From Candidatus Poseidoniaceae archaeon (GTDB lineage: Archaea; Thermoplasmatota; Poseidoniia; Poseidoniales; Poseidoniaceae), in contig CALSTM010000002.1 in NCBI GenBank assembly GCA_943789275.1, forward strand, positions 746,493-778,492: a stretch of DNA of 32,000 bases, given 5' to 3'. The notes under the pieces were generated by a model. It was not told where the DNA came from and made no database searches. It was given only the letters and a program-made list of their open reading frames with translations. The translations under genes were made by a program, and so were the position numbers. Position 1 is the stretch's first letter; every line of letters begins with the position of its first letter. Below are positions 8,063-16,937 of the stretch, piece after piece.

Positions 8063-8072
8063 GTATATATCG
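8063..8072 (-). promoter_or_regulatory. TATA-like box (minus strand CGATATATAC) centred about 25 nt upstream of the adhesin ATG at 8042, implying a leaderless or near-leaderless mRNA
   Basis: The sequence gtatatatcg at 8063-8072 is the only strong A/T box between the ATG (8040-8042) and 8100. The spacing matches the archaeal TATA-to-TSS distance of about 26 nt. Confidence 0.45.
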
Positions 8073-8209
8073 TTATTCACCACATACGCCCATTTGGTGC
8101 AAAATCGGCGATATTACGCCATCACGTGGCTATCGGAAGATGATTTATCAAACACTTCCAATTTTCGCAACTCACCGGTGAGTATCTGTTTGTAATTTAT
8201 CGGGAACGA

Positions 8210-10327
8210 TTATGCAATTTGGAGTGTGTCGTAGCCAGAGGGTCGAAGCATGCGCCCATGTTGGCACAACTTCTCAATAACATCTTCAGCAGTAGAGCGG
8301 TCAATATCGTATCGTTCTGCTTCGTTAAACACATCAAGCAATTGTGCAACGCCACCGTTGTTGGCTGAAAGCGAAGCAACGATTTCCATAATTGCCTTCT
8401 CGCGATTTCGTGTTTTGCCCTTCTTTCCAGTGACCATTGTGGTTTCATCAAAATTGCCACCCATGAGATCTTCGCGCCAGAGACGGGTCATTCGAACTGC
8501 CCGTTCTGCGTCTTCAAGAGTGGCAACCTGTGACAAACGGATACGGGCGCTGGCTTCTGCTAATCGTGCAAGAGCCTCGAGAGAACGCGCAGTGATGGCC
8601 ACGCTGTCATTTGAGTCGCCCGTTTGTTTACGGGTTTCGACGTAAAAATTGACGATTGTATCGCGTGCAGCTTGTTCCAAATGTGGATGGATTGTACGTT
8701 TCGAGTATGCAATGTATTTGCGGATGAGGTCTCGTGAAAGCACTTCGCCATGCTCTGATTTTTCAACTCCAGAGAGCGAGGTCGATTTGGTAGGATCCGG
8801 TGCGCTGCCTTCGCTAACGAGTAATTCGCTGACGCCTTGCAAACGATTGCCGATGATATGTTGGGCGATTTTCGCATCCTTTTCGACTTCAGGGTCATCG
8901 GTCAAGAGCCAAATGATATCAAACCGAGATACAAGCGGGGGAGCAAGATTGATTTGAGCGGTGAAGGGAACTTCTGAGACCGGCTCGAAACGGCCGTTTT
9001 TCGGATTTGCTGCAGCCAAAACCGCACACCGTGTCCTCAAACTCGCGTTAATTCCTGCCTTCGAAATCGAGATTTTCTGCTGCTCCATCGCTTCGTGCAT
9101 ACTGGAACGGTCGCCTTCATTCATTTTGTCGAATTCGTCAATTGCGGCTAATCCAAGGTCAGCCAAAACCAATGCTCCTGCTTCAAGGGTCCATCGTCCA
9201 TCTGCTGCTGCATCTTGAACTGCTGCTGCAGTCAAACCTGCCGCTGATGCTGATTGTCCGGAAGTAAAGCGACCACGAGGTGAAATAGTTGACATATAAC
9301 TCAAGAGTTGAGATTTCGCAACCCCCGGGTCACCCATCAGTAAAATGTGAATGTCGCCTCGATTGCGCGTACCATCGGAATTGAGTCTGGCTACACCTCC
9401 AAATAATTGTAACATCAGTGATTGTTTAACGGGATTCATTCCGAAAATCGAAGGAGCGATGCTCTTGGTAAACAATTCGTAAATATCTGGGCGTCTTGCA
9501 AGTTCTTTAATTTCCAATTCTTCATCTTCAGTGATTACAATTTCTTCAAGAGGTATGTTCTGTCTTTCAAGAGAATGTATGCGCAAGAAAATATCGAACA
9601 CGGGAGTATCTTTTCCGCCTTTTCTCTGGGAACGGATGAATAAAACGCCGTTGCCTTTCACTCGGTCTCCCGGATTGAGTTTACCAGCCAAATCATGTTC
9701 AGCAATACAGATAATACGTTCCGGTTGAATTCCGCCCTTCATCTGTTCAGGCAGTTCTTGTAATTCGATGAATTGTGAATTAATGAGAATTGAGTCTTTC
9801 TGATTGAGCTCAAATCGGGTTTGGCGCTTGGCTCGGCCGCAACCTCCGTCCAGTTGTTGGCATTCAATTGGTTCGATCAATTCTTGCTCATTGGGTTGGT
9901 TGACAACCATCGAGTGACCGCAAGCGACGCACTCGAAGGTGGCTGCATAAATACGTGGGCGGACACCAGAGATTTTGGTTGTAACAGCATCGATAGCCAA
10001 CATCATTCCAATGTCATCTGCACGCAATTGAGAAACGGTTCGGACTTGGTCCACGGGCAGGTGAGCGATTCGGACGAAAGGATACATCGTCGTATGCCCA
10101 GCGTCCATGAGGAACTGGCGAAGCGCTTGATTGGATGCGTGGAAATGAAGTTCGGGGTGCTGAACAATGTCGTGTGCGAACTCGTGGTCAAATCCTTCGA
10201 TAACGCGGTAAGAAACTTCCAAAGATTGTTCATCGGGCCACATCTGTGCGAGGTTGTGGACGGATTCTGCAAAGTGGTCTTGAATCAAGGATGTCCAACG
10301 TGCAGGTAGGTCGAATTCTTGGAGCAT
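8210..10327 (-). CDS. mcm: Minichromosome maintenance (MCM) replicative helicase
   Basis: Zn motif CVACGH...C....GGCG; Walker A GDPGVAKSQLL; Walker B AAIDEFDKM; arginine finger SRFDIIW; C-terminal winged-helix-like tail. The ORF track extends to a GTG at 10429, adding 34 aa. The first ATG (10327, MLQEFDLPARW...) gives a typical archaeal length of about 705 aa. No intein. Confidence 0.93.
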   Translation of the reverse strand: MLQEFDLPARWTSLIQDHFAESVHNLAQMWPDEQSLEVSYRVIEGFDHEFAHDIVQHPELHFHASNQALRQFLMDAGHTTMYPFVRIAHLPVDQVRTVSQLRADDIGMMLAIDAVTTKISGVRPRIYAATFECVACGHSMVVNQPNEQELIEPIECQQLDGGCGRAKRQTRFELNQKDSILINSQFIELQELPEQMKGGIQPERIICIAEHDLAGKLNPGDRVKGNGVLFIRSQRKGGKDTPVFDIFLRIHSLERQNIPLEEIVITEDEELEIKELARRPDIYELFTKSIAPSIFGMNPVKQSLMLQLFGGVARLNSDGTRNRGDIHILLMGDPGVAKSQLLSYMSTISPRGRFTSGQSASAAGLTAAAVQDAAADGRWTLEAGALVLADLGLAAIDEFDKMNEGDRSSMHEAMEQQKISISKAGINASLRTRCAVLAAANPKNGRFEPVSEVPFTAQINLAPPLVSRFDIIWLLTDDPEVEKDAKIAQHIIGNRLQGVSELLVSEGSAPDPTKSTSLSGVEKSEHGEVLSRDLIRKYIAYSKRTIHPHLEQAARDTIVNFYVETRKQTGDSNDSVAITARSLEALARLAEASARIRLSQVATLEDAERAVRMTRLWREDLMGGNFDETTMVTGKKGKTRNREKAIMEIVASLSANNGGVAQLLDVFNEAERYDIDRSTAEDVIEKLCQHGRMLRPSGYDTLQIA

Positions 10328-10508
10328 GTAGGTCACCTTTGGAGCGCGGGAGAGTCTCCCGACTTCGGAACAATATTGGCAACGGTATTTAGGCGTGTCC
10401 GAACAAAAAACCCACCCCCCCGCTTCCACTGGAGAAACGGAGCCTTGACAGCCTACGGTTTAGCAAATAATCAGTGTCCACTGCCAAACGGCCGTCACCG
10501 CAGGAAAG

Positions 10509-11558
10509 ATGAGGAAGGAGGCTTTCGCTTACCTCATGCCGAAGCATGCTTTCGCTCCCGTCTTAGGTCAATTTCGACGATGGACTCTTGACTCGACACT
10601 TCTTGAAAATCGACTGGGTGACCCGACAGAGAGGGAAGTTCTCACCCACATCAGCCCCGAAGGTATGGCCCTCTTGGCCCAAGGTCAGTCGCTGCCTGTC
10701 CTGATTTATCTTGCGCCTTTCACTTCTTCAGGACCTGCACGTGCTGGATGGAAAGCATTCGCTGAAACGCTACCTCAACGGCATGAACGGTTGGTAAAGT
10801 CAGGAAACATGAAACCTGCTATCCTCGTTATGCCGGACACGTTTACCACGCTTGGTGGTAATCAATTCGTCGACTCACCTGTTCTTGGAAACTGGTCAAC
10901 TTGGCTTGCTGAAGCATTGAAGCCCGCACTTGAACAACGGTATGCAACCAATGGGAAATTCGGACTGGTGGGTAAATCCTCTGGGGGATACGGTGCAATC
11001 GTCAACGCAATGCTGCAACCGAACGTTTGGGACGGCATAGCGTGCCATTCTGGAGATATGGGGTTTGAAACCATGTTCATGCCAACATTTGCTGAAACCC
11101 TCACGCATGTTTCAAGATACGGTAGCGCTGCCGAATATGTCGCACATGTTCAAAATGCTGAACGGCTTTCTGGGCCTGATTTCCATTCGCTGATGATTTG
11201 TGCTATGGCAGCATCCTATGATCCTCGGCCAAGCACCAACGAAAACCCAATCGGCATTGTACTCCCCGTCAACACTGAAACCGCAGACATCCTTCCTGAG
11301 GCTTGGAATCGGTGGCTCAAATTTGACCCAATCCAAATGGTAAATACCCATCATCAGCATCTTACAGGGCTTGATGCTTTGTTCATCGATTGTGGAGGTC
11401 AAGACCAATACCATATCCAATACGGTAGTCGGAAATTTGTCGAACTTCTTCGCTCTTTCGAAATTGAACACACTTGGGAAGAGTTCGTTGGAACGCATTC
11501 TGGCATTGACCATCGGCTCGATCTCAGTTTTGCCTTCCTCAGCCAAAAACTGGCGTAA
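10509..11558 (+). CDS. Alpha/beta-hydrolase of the 'putative esterase' family (enterochelin esterase / S-formylglutathione hydrolase-like, PF00756-like)
   Basis: 349 aa. PVLIYLAPFTSSG ... AILVMPD ... nucleophile elbow LVGKSSGGYGA (G-x-S-x-G) ... HSGD. No signal peptide. An alternative start lies at Met10 (10536). Confidence 0.75.
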   Translation: MRKEAFAYLMPKHAFAPVLGQFRRWTLDSTLLENRLGDPTEREVLTHISPEGMALLAQGQSLPVLIYLAPFTSSGPARAGWKAFAETLPQRHERLVKSGNMKPAILVMPDTFTTLGGNQFVDSPVLGNWSTWLAEALKPALEQRYATNGKFGLVGKSSGGYGAIVNAMLQPNVWDGIACHSGDMGFETMFMPTFAETLTHVSRYGSAAEYVAHVQNAERLSGPDFHSLMICAMAASYDPRPSTNENPIGIVLPVNTETADILPEAWNRWLKFDPIQMVNTHHQHLTGLDALFIDCGGQDQYHIQYGSRKFVELLRSFEIEHTWEEFVGTHSGIDHRLDLSFAFLSQKLA

Positions 11559-11612
11559 TGAGGCAGTATTTGGAGGCGGTGAGTTCATCAAACGCCTTCC
11601 ATTGAAGGTGGC

Positions 11613-12737
11613 ATGGCCGAACCAATGGACTATGCGAGTGCAGGCGTAGATATTGACCTTGAAGGTTCAGCTGTCGCCTCTCTTATCGCCTCACTGAGTG
11701 CATCCAGTCGACCTGCAGGAACACCTGGAGCCCCGGTGGATTTACCCGGTGGATTTGGTGGATTAATCGAGTTCGGCGATTCGTTGCTTGCACTTGCCAC
11801 TGATGGGGTGGGAAGTAAATTGCAAATCGCCTCTGCCCTCAAGCAATGGGGTGGCGTTGGAATCGATTGCATGGCCATGAACGTCAATGATTTGTTGTGT
11901 GTTGGGGCGGAACCAATCGCCTTCGTTGATTATGTTGCTGTACCAAAACCCGACCCGGAAACTCACGCAGCGTTGGGGGCATCCCTTGCCGAAGCCTGCC
12001 GACTTGCACGTGTAACGCTCGCCGGTGGAGAGACGGCTTCCCTACCTGGCATCGTCACTGAACTCGACCTTTCGGGAACCGCTCTTGGATATGTCAAGAA
12101 AGGAAATGCAATCACTGGAGAGCATCTGCAAACTGGTGATGTTTTGATTGGCCTTCCATCATCGGGAATCCACTCAAACGGTTACTCCTTGGTTCGCCGC
12201 GTCATGGAACACACGGGCCATGAGTACACCGATGATGCTCCATTCAACGTTGCGAGCATCGGCCGTAGTGTAATGCACTTTGATGGTCATGATGATGCTC
12301 AATTCACACTTGGAGAAGTGTTTCTCAATCCAACGCGCATCTATTGCGACCCTATCGTCGATCTGCTCAAGTATGCTGAAACAAACGATGCGGGTTTTGC
12401 TCTGTCCGATATACGCGCCATCTGTCACGTCACTGGTGGAGGCCTGTCCAACCTCTTACGGCTTCATGATTCACTCGGTTGGCACATCAGTGAACCACTC
12501 CCTCCACATCCAGAGTTTAACTGGTTGCAAGAAGTCGGTGGAATCGAAACTCGTGAAATGTACCGTACATTCAACATGGGCACTGGCATGATTTTAGCCG
12601 TGTCAAGTGAACACGCTGAAACTATTGCCGCTTGGCTCGAAGAGCGTATGCTCGGCACACGTATCATCGGACAAGTCAACGACCAAGGCCACAAGGTCAC
12701 CCACGCCCTTGAAGGCGTCGAGTTCTCTCATTACTGA
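11613..12737 (+). CDS. purM: Phosphoribosylformylglycinamidine cyclo-ligase (AIR synthetase)
   Basis: 374 aa. DYASAGVDID...GGFGGLIEF...ALATDGVGSKLQIA...GIDCMAMNVNDLLCVGAEP...LAGGETASLPG are canonical PurM blocks. An SD-like GAAGGTGG sits immediately upstream. Confidence 0.92.
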   Translation: MAEPMDYASAGVDIDLEGSAVASLIASLSASSRPAGTPGAPVDLPGGFGGLIEFGDSLLALATDGVGSKLQIASALKQWGGVGIDCMAMNVNDLLCVGAEPIAFVDYVAVPKPDPETHAALGASLAEACRLARVTLAGGETASLPGIVTELDLSGTALGYVKKGNAITGEHLQTGDVLIGLPSSGIHSNGYSLVRRVMEHTGHEYTDDAPFNVASIGRSVMHFDGHDDAQFTLGEVFLNPTRIYCDPIVDLLKYAETNDAGFALSDIRAICHVTGGGLSNLLRLHDSLGWHISEPLPPHPEFNWLQEVGGIETREMYRTFNMGTGMILAVSSEHAETIAAWLEERMLGTRIIGQVNDQGHKVTHALEGVEFSHY

Positions 12738-12749
12738 GTCAAAACTCAG
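12734..12749. terminator. Perfect 6-bp hairpin (CTGAGT-caaa-ACTCAG) in the 13-nt gap between convergent genes
   Basis: The left arm (12734-12739) contains the purM TGA stop (12735-12737). The convergent gene's stop (12751-12753) lies just downstream of the right arm. Any role in termination is speculative, since archaeal terminators are usually oligo-T. Confidence 0.25.
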
Positions 12750-12750
12750 T

Positions 12751-14805
12751 TCACTCGGTTGATTCTTCAGCGTCTGCCGCTGGTTCATCAGCCGATTCTT
12801 CTTGAGGAGGAGCAGCCTCGAATGCCTTTTCTGCATCTTCTTCACCCATCATCTTGACACCGAGGCCAAGACAGGCGATTGCACCAATCAAGAGAAGTGG
12901 CGCAAGGAAGTCAGTAGGGACGTCGAAGTTTGTCCAGTAGGTCAGTGCCTTCTGGTTCGTAGTGACGCTTGATGCAAGGTCCTCAGCATCTGCATCCCCA
13001 ATCTCTGAACTGGATGTAATCATGAACACAGCTTGCAAGTGACTTGCGTTAGGAGCGGTGTGTTGGTCGGTGATTGGGCGCATGTCCAACCAGAAAGTCG
13101 ATTCCGAAGAACCGGCGATGATGGCTCCACTCAGTTGCTCTGCTTGGAGAGAAACTTCGCTACCGAAGTAGACCGGTAGAGCACCTGGCAATGCATCAAG
13201 CAAGGTATCTGTATCGAGGAGCTTGGCTTGAATTGGGCGTTCCAATGGGTCAAGTGATGCTGAACAATCATCGACAGCGATGTCTTTCAAAGTCGAAGTG
13301 CCATCGCAAGTAATGGCTGCTGTTGCGTATCCTGAAAGGTCGACCATGTCACCAGAGCCCGTCAAGAATCCGCCGGTTGTTCCTGTTCGGGATTCTGCGG
13401 TAATGAGGCCGAGGGTGTTCACCGTCTTTGCAGGGTCTTTCCATGCGAAGTAGGAGCTGCCGTCAACGGCCATCATTTCGCCCTTATCACAGGTCGAGAC
13501 TTCACCGGTACAGATCATGTAATCTGTTCCAGTGTCACTGACAATTCCGCCAGAGCCGTAGAACGTTGCGTTGGATTCAAGGCTGGTCCATCCAACGGTC
13601 ATGTCCATTGGATTTCCACTTGCAAGGAAAGCAGATACTGGATCGTGCCATCCGAGCAACCAATTGTTGAACTCTTGAGTCAGGTATGGAGTGGTTCCAA
13701 AAGAACTCATCAAGAAGCCTGGTACGAAATCGGCAAAGATTGGTGAAGAAACAAAGAGACTCATTGCTTCAGCGGTGTTTTCGTCAACACCATACAAGAG
13801 GCCAATCGTGCTTGCATTCCACGTCATTGGAGCAGCAGGCTCCATGGTCATCAAGTTCACAGGCGGGGTCATACCGCTTAGTTCACCGTACAAGAACAAG
13901 GTTGCTCCAGTCGAAGTTGTCAATCCGAGTGGGCCATAGAGCATGTTTCCGGCTTGTGCCTGGGTGATGGAAACTGGAGTTGCATCAGCGTGTCCTGGAA
14001 TCATTCCAGCACCCCATGCGCCACCCATGTTGAGGGAGTTGGTGAGGTAAGGGTCGCCAACAGGACTCATGCCACCAAAGGTTTGGTTGACAAATTGCTC
14101 AGCGTTCATTGTGCCTACGCCACCAAGAAGACCCAGTTGAACCGAAGTGGCTGAGGTTGCCCATCCGCCGGCCCAAGTAGCCACTGCGGTGTATTGCTCA
14201 ACGGTGAGGTTGAAGGCAGCCATAGCGTCAGGGACTTCCATGGTAAGGAAAGCAGCAAGGCCGAATCCTGTTCCGTCAGCGTTGGTTGCAATCAATCCAG
14301 TAGGTGTATCGGTGAGGTGTCCGGCAACCATGAGGGAAATGCCGTTTGCACCAGTAAAGTCGGCACCGAGAAGGTTGTGAAGTCGGCTGGTGATGTCGTC
14401 GTTGTTTGTAGCGTTGAAGTCTGCACCGCCGCCGTAGCCGGCGAAACTTGTTCCAACTGCTGCATACATGGTCCAGTCTCGAACGAATGTTTCGTAAGGG
14501 TCTGCGGTTGCGTATCGATACAATCCTGCTCGTTGCATGACCGTTGAGTTCGCTGGATCTGCTAACACATCAGCCAGCATTACTTCAGGTTCTCCCATTC
14601 CCATGAATGCCACAACACCTATTGGATCCATGAGAGACATGTTGAATTCCGAGTCAGCAGGCGAGGAAGTGTTTTCCATTGCGTTGTCCAAATCTCCGGA
14701 TGACCAGTTTCCATTTGTGTTCGATAAATTGTGACCTGCTTGTTGCATTCGCAGCCATAATGCCCATTCCGGTTTCAGAGGCTTTCCATTCGCTTTCAGC
14801 GCCAT
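12751..14805 (-). CDS. CD36/LIMP-2/SR-B family-like surface protein, C-terminal fragment (ectodomain, C-terminal TM and acidic tail); appears to be one gene with 14654-15535
   Basis: 684-aa ORF with no signal peptide of its own. The reading frame stays open upstream to 14841. It contains LTQEFNNWLLGWHDPVSAFL and LPVYFGSEV...STFWLDMRPITDQH...LQAVF, which line up with CD36-family blocks. It ends in the TM segment FLAPLLLIGAIACLGLGV and the tail EEDAEKAFEAAPPQEESADEPAADAEESTE. Confidence 0.8.
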   Translation of the reverse strand: MALKANGKPLKPEWALWLRMQQAGHNLSNTNGNWSSGDLDNAMENTSSPADSEFNMSLMDPIGVVAFMGMGEPEVMLADVLADPANSTVMQRAGLYRYATADPYETFVRDWTMYAAVGTSFAGYGGGADFNATNNDDITSRLHNLLGADFTGANGISLMVAGHLTDTPTGLIATNADGTGFGLAAFLTMEVPDAMAAFNLTVEQYTAVATWAGGWATSATSVQLGLLGGVGTMNAEQFVNQTFGGMSPVGDPYLTNSLNMGGAWGAGMIPGHADATPVSITQAQAGNMLYGPLGLTTSTGATLFLYGELSGMTPPVNLMTMEPAAPMTWNASTIGLLYGVDENTAEAMSLFVSSPIFADFVPGFLMSSFGTTPYLTQEFNNWLLGWHDPVSAFLASGNPMDMTVGWTSLESNATFYGSGGIVSDTGTDYMICTGEVSTCDKGEMMAVDGSSYFAWKDPAKTVNTLGLITAESRTGTTGGFLTGSGDMVDLSGYATAAITCDGTSTLKDIAVDDCSASLDPLERPIQAKLLDTDTLLDALPGALPVYFGSEVSLQAEQLSGAIIAGSSESTFWLDMRPITDQHTAPNASHLQAVFMITSSSEIGDADAEDLASSVTTNQKALTYWTNFDVPTDFLAPLLLIGAIACLGLGVKMMGEEDAEKAFEAAPPQEESADEPAADAEESTE

Positions 14806-15460
14806 TGGCCCAAAGGTGGCAAGGTATTCCTTGTTGCATAGTTACGTTTAAGACTTCGACTTCCATTGTGCAGAGGTCACCAGTTGTGGCAGTTCCTGCT
14901 TGTGTGGTGTTCATGTCTTGGTTGATCATTTGTGCAGCGAATCCAACCTTAGTGAGGTCCATGATTCCGTTGATGGCCATTCCGGTTGCACCGATGACTT
15001 GCGGGGTGAAACCGATGTTCAATTGCGTGATTTCAACATCACAAGGAACGACGGTGTCCACAGAACAGGCATAGGATGTGTTCTCGTGGTAGGTGATGGT
15101 ACCTGCAGTTGAATCACGAGAAACAAATGTTCGGTCTGAGGTGATGGTGTAGGTTACAGGTCCAATCTTTTCGTGGGTTGGGGCTGTTCCATTGGCCATG
15201 ACGTCGTCAAGATTCGTTACGGTCCAGCCGTAAAAATCTCGGTCGGCGGTTGAAGTTACCCAATCGGATTCAAGTTCAGTACAGTCGTCATTGGCACAAA
15301 TATTGTCCAAAGGCGTGGTCTTTGTTGCTTCCAGTACAGCGTCTTCAACACCACCGGTAGAGAGCACGGAAAGGCCTCCACTCAGCAGTATGAACACAAG
15401 TCCTGCAGCTAGCATCGTTTTGTCTGTCATCATCGACATAAAGAGCGAACGCAAATCCAT
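14654..15460 (-). CDS. CD36/LIMP-2/SR-B family-like surface protein, N-terminal fragment (N-terminal TM plus first ectodomain blocks)
   Basis: TM segment MLAAGLVFILLSGGLSVL, then ESDWVTSTADRDFYGWTVTNLDDVMANGTAPTHEKIGPVTYT. The last 60 or so codons (GIPCHLWANG...RRFGQRNGKHFLAC) look like out-of-frame read-through. The ORF track starts at TTG 15535. ATGs lie at 15502, 15460 and 15439, and a TATA-like GAATATAC at about 15490-15497 favours 15460. Confidence 0.7.
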   Translation of the reverse strand: MDLRSLFMSMMTDKTMLAAGLVFILLSGGLSVLSTGGVEDAVLEATKTTPLDNICANDDCTELESDWVTSTADRDFYGWTVTNLDDVMANGTAPTHEKIGPVTYTITSDRTFVSRDSTAGTITYHENTSYACSVDTVVPCDVEITQLNIGFTPQVIGATGMAINGIMDLTKVGFAAQMINQDMNTTQAGTATTGDLCTMEVEVLNVTMQQGIPCHLWANGAESEWKASETGMGIMAANATSRSQFIEHKWKLVIRRFGQRNGKHFLAC

Positions 15461-15572
15461 AGCACATAAGTGTTGGCGAGAACACCTAGTATATTCGGCC
15501 ATATCCCTTTGATTCACCAAGAGCCAAGCATCCAATCGGTGCGGTCATCAAGTTGAAGCCGTACCGAGCATC

Positions 15573-16937
15573 ATGGCCGAAGGTAGTTCCGAGGGTTTTC
15601 ATCCCGATGGATGGCCTGGGCAACTCTGGCTTGAAGGTCGCACAGTCGTCCATTTGCTCGAAGAACAGGAACGTCCCACCCATATGCCCAGAGGGCCAGC
15701 AAAACGTACTGGGCCCGGTTTCCTTAATCCAGCAATGGCACCAGCCCGAACCCGCAGCGTTCTGTTGCTCAACGACGCATTAGAACACGATTGGCTGGTA
15801 AACGAGGATAAATCTATTCGAGTTCTTGACGCATTGTGTGCAACTGGGGTGCGTATCCGCAGATGGCGCAATGAAATTCCATCGCAGAGTCAGAACAGAC
15901 TTCGTATTACCGCCAACGACCTTGATGCGTTTGCCCTCAATTGGGCTCGACAATCGCATTCGACTCATCCGCCGCACCAAACGATTGAACACGAGCCTGA
16001 AGACGACCGTTACGGTAAAACCTCGAACCAAGTTTTCGAGAATGGACTTGATTTTAGACAAATGGATGCGCGTATTGCCATGCTTGAAACTGGGTATCAA
16101 TGGATTGACCTCGATCCGTTTGGCTCACCTGTACAGTTCCTTGATGCCGCCTTACAGGGGCTCTCAAGAACCGGCGTGTTGGAAATAACCGCAACCGATA
16201 CGGCTGCTCTAACTGGTTCATCGGCCTCAAGTCAAGCACGCCGATACGGTGCAAAGGGAATCGTCGATGTGTACGCTCATGACGATGCTGTCCGATTGCT
16301 CTTGGCTACGGTCGCCACAAGTGCAGCACGGCTGGATAAAACCGTCATCCCACTGTTGGCGTTGTTTGATGGCCATCACGTACGCGTTTCCTGCCTTATC
16401 AAAACCAGCCGTGAGAAAGCGAGTCAAGTCGGTGAGAACATCGGTTGGAGAATTCGAGAAGACGATATCCCCTATCGCTTTGTTCAACACCCGACCCCAG
16501 AGCAAGTGAAGCGTGGAAGTGGCCCAATGTGGACAGGTCCACTTTGGAACAAGGAGGTGGCTGAGCGAATGACGGTCGAAAAAGCGCTGGAACTGTGCCA
16601 GCCTTCATCGAAGGAATTGGAATCTTTACGACGGTCTGGACTCGAATGGAGTGATGATGATGTCGAATACTCAACCCGTGAACTCAAACGAAGCGTCCGA
16701 TATATTTCGGATGCTGCTGACCTCATGAGCCGAGAGCATCTGCTCTTGAACCTTGACGCACTGCCAAAATGGGCCGGAGTCGGTGGCGCTCCTAAACTTG
16801 AGAAACTCATTGTCAGTCTAGTTGAGAGCGGATATGCTGCTGCTCGATTGCCAGACATTGAACCTTTGATGGTCACCGATGCGCCGTTTGAGACGGTTCT
16901 TGAGCACGTTCGTAACACTACAACTTCAACCAAATGA
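15573..16937 (+). CDS. trm1: tRNA (guanine(26)-N2)-dimethyltransferase
   Basis: 454 aa. EGRTVVHL...GFLNPAMAPARTRSV (FYNP-like)...LDALCATGVRIRR...the hallmark DLDPFGSPVQFLDAA...EITATD. Its 3' end overlaps the convergent PAC2 gene by 12 nt. Confidence 0.88.
   Translation: MAEGSSEGFHPDGWPGQLWLEGRTVVHLLEEQERPTHMPRGPAKRTGPGFLNPAMAPARTRSVLLLNDALEHDWLVNEDKSIRVLDALCATGVRIRRWRNEIPSQSQNRLRITANDLDAFALNWARQSHSTHPPHQTIEHEPEDDRYGKTSNQVFENGLDFRQMDARIAMLETGYQWIDLDPFGSPVQFLDAALQGLSRTGVLEITATDTAALTGSSASSQARRYGAKGIVDVYAHDDAVRLLLATVATSAARLDKTVIPLLALFDGHHVRVSCLIKTSREKASQVGENIGWRIREDDIPYRFVQHPTPEQVKRGSGPMWTGPLWNKEVAERMTVEKALELCQPSSKELESLRRSGLEWSDDDVEYSTRELKRSVRYISDAADLMSREHLLLNLDALPKWAGVGGAPKLEKLIVSLVESGYAAARLPDIEPLMVTDAPFETVLEHVRNTTTSTK

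Noticed and set aside
8100-8209. Possible C/D-box sRNA in the adhesin-mcm intergenic region (GATGATT ... CTG)
   Set aside because: The boxes do not match RUGAUGA/CUGA exactly and no terminal stem or D'/C' pair is visible. The other intergenic gaps I inspected likewise lacked convincing C/D pairs.
10328-10429. 34-codon GTG-initiated N-terminal extension of MCM containing C-x7-C-x2-C
   Set aside because: It has only three Cys and no complete zinc-ribbon pattern. The ATG at 10327 gives a canonical archaeal MCM N-terminus and length. The extension would also leave only 79 nt for two divergent promoters.
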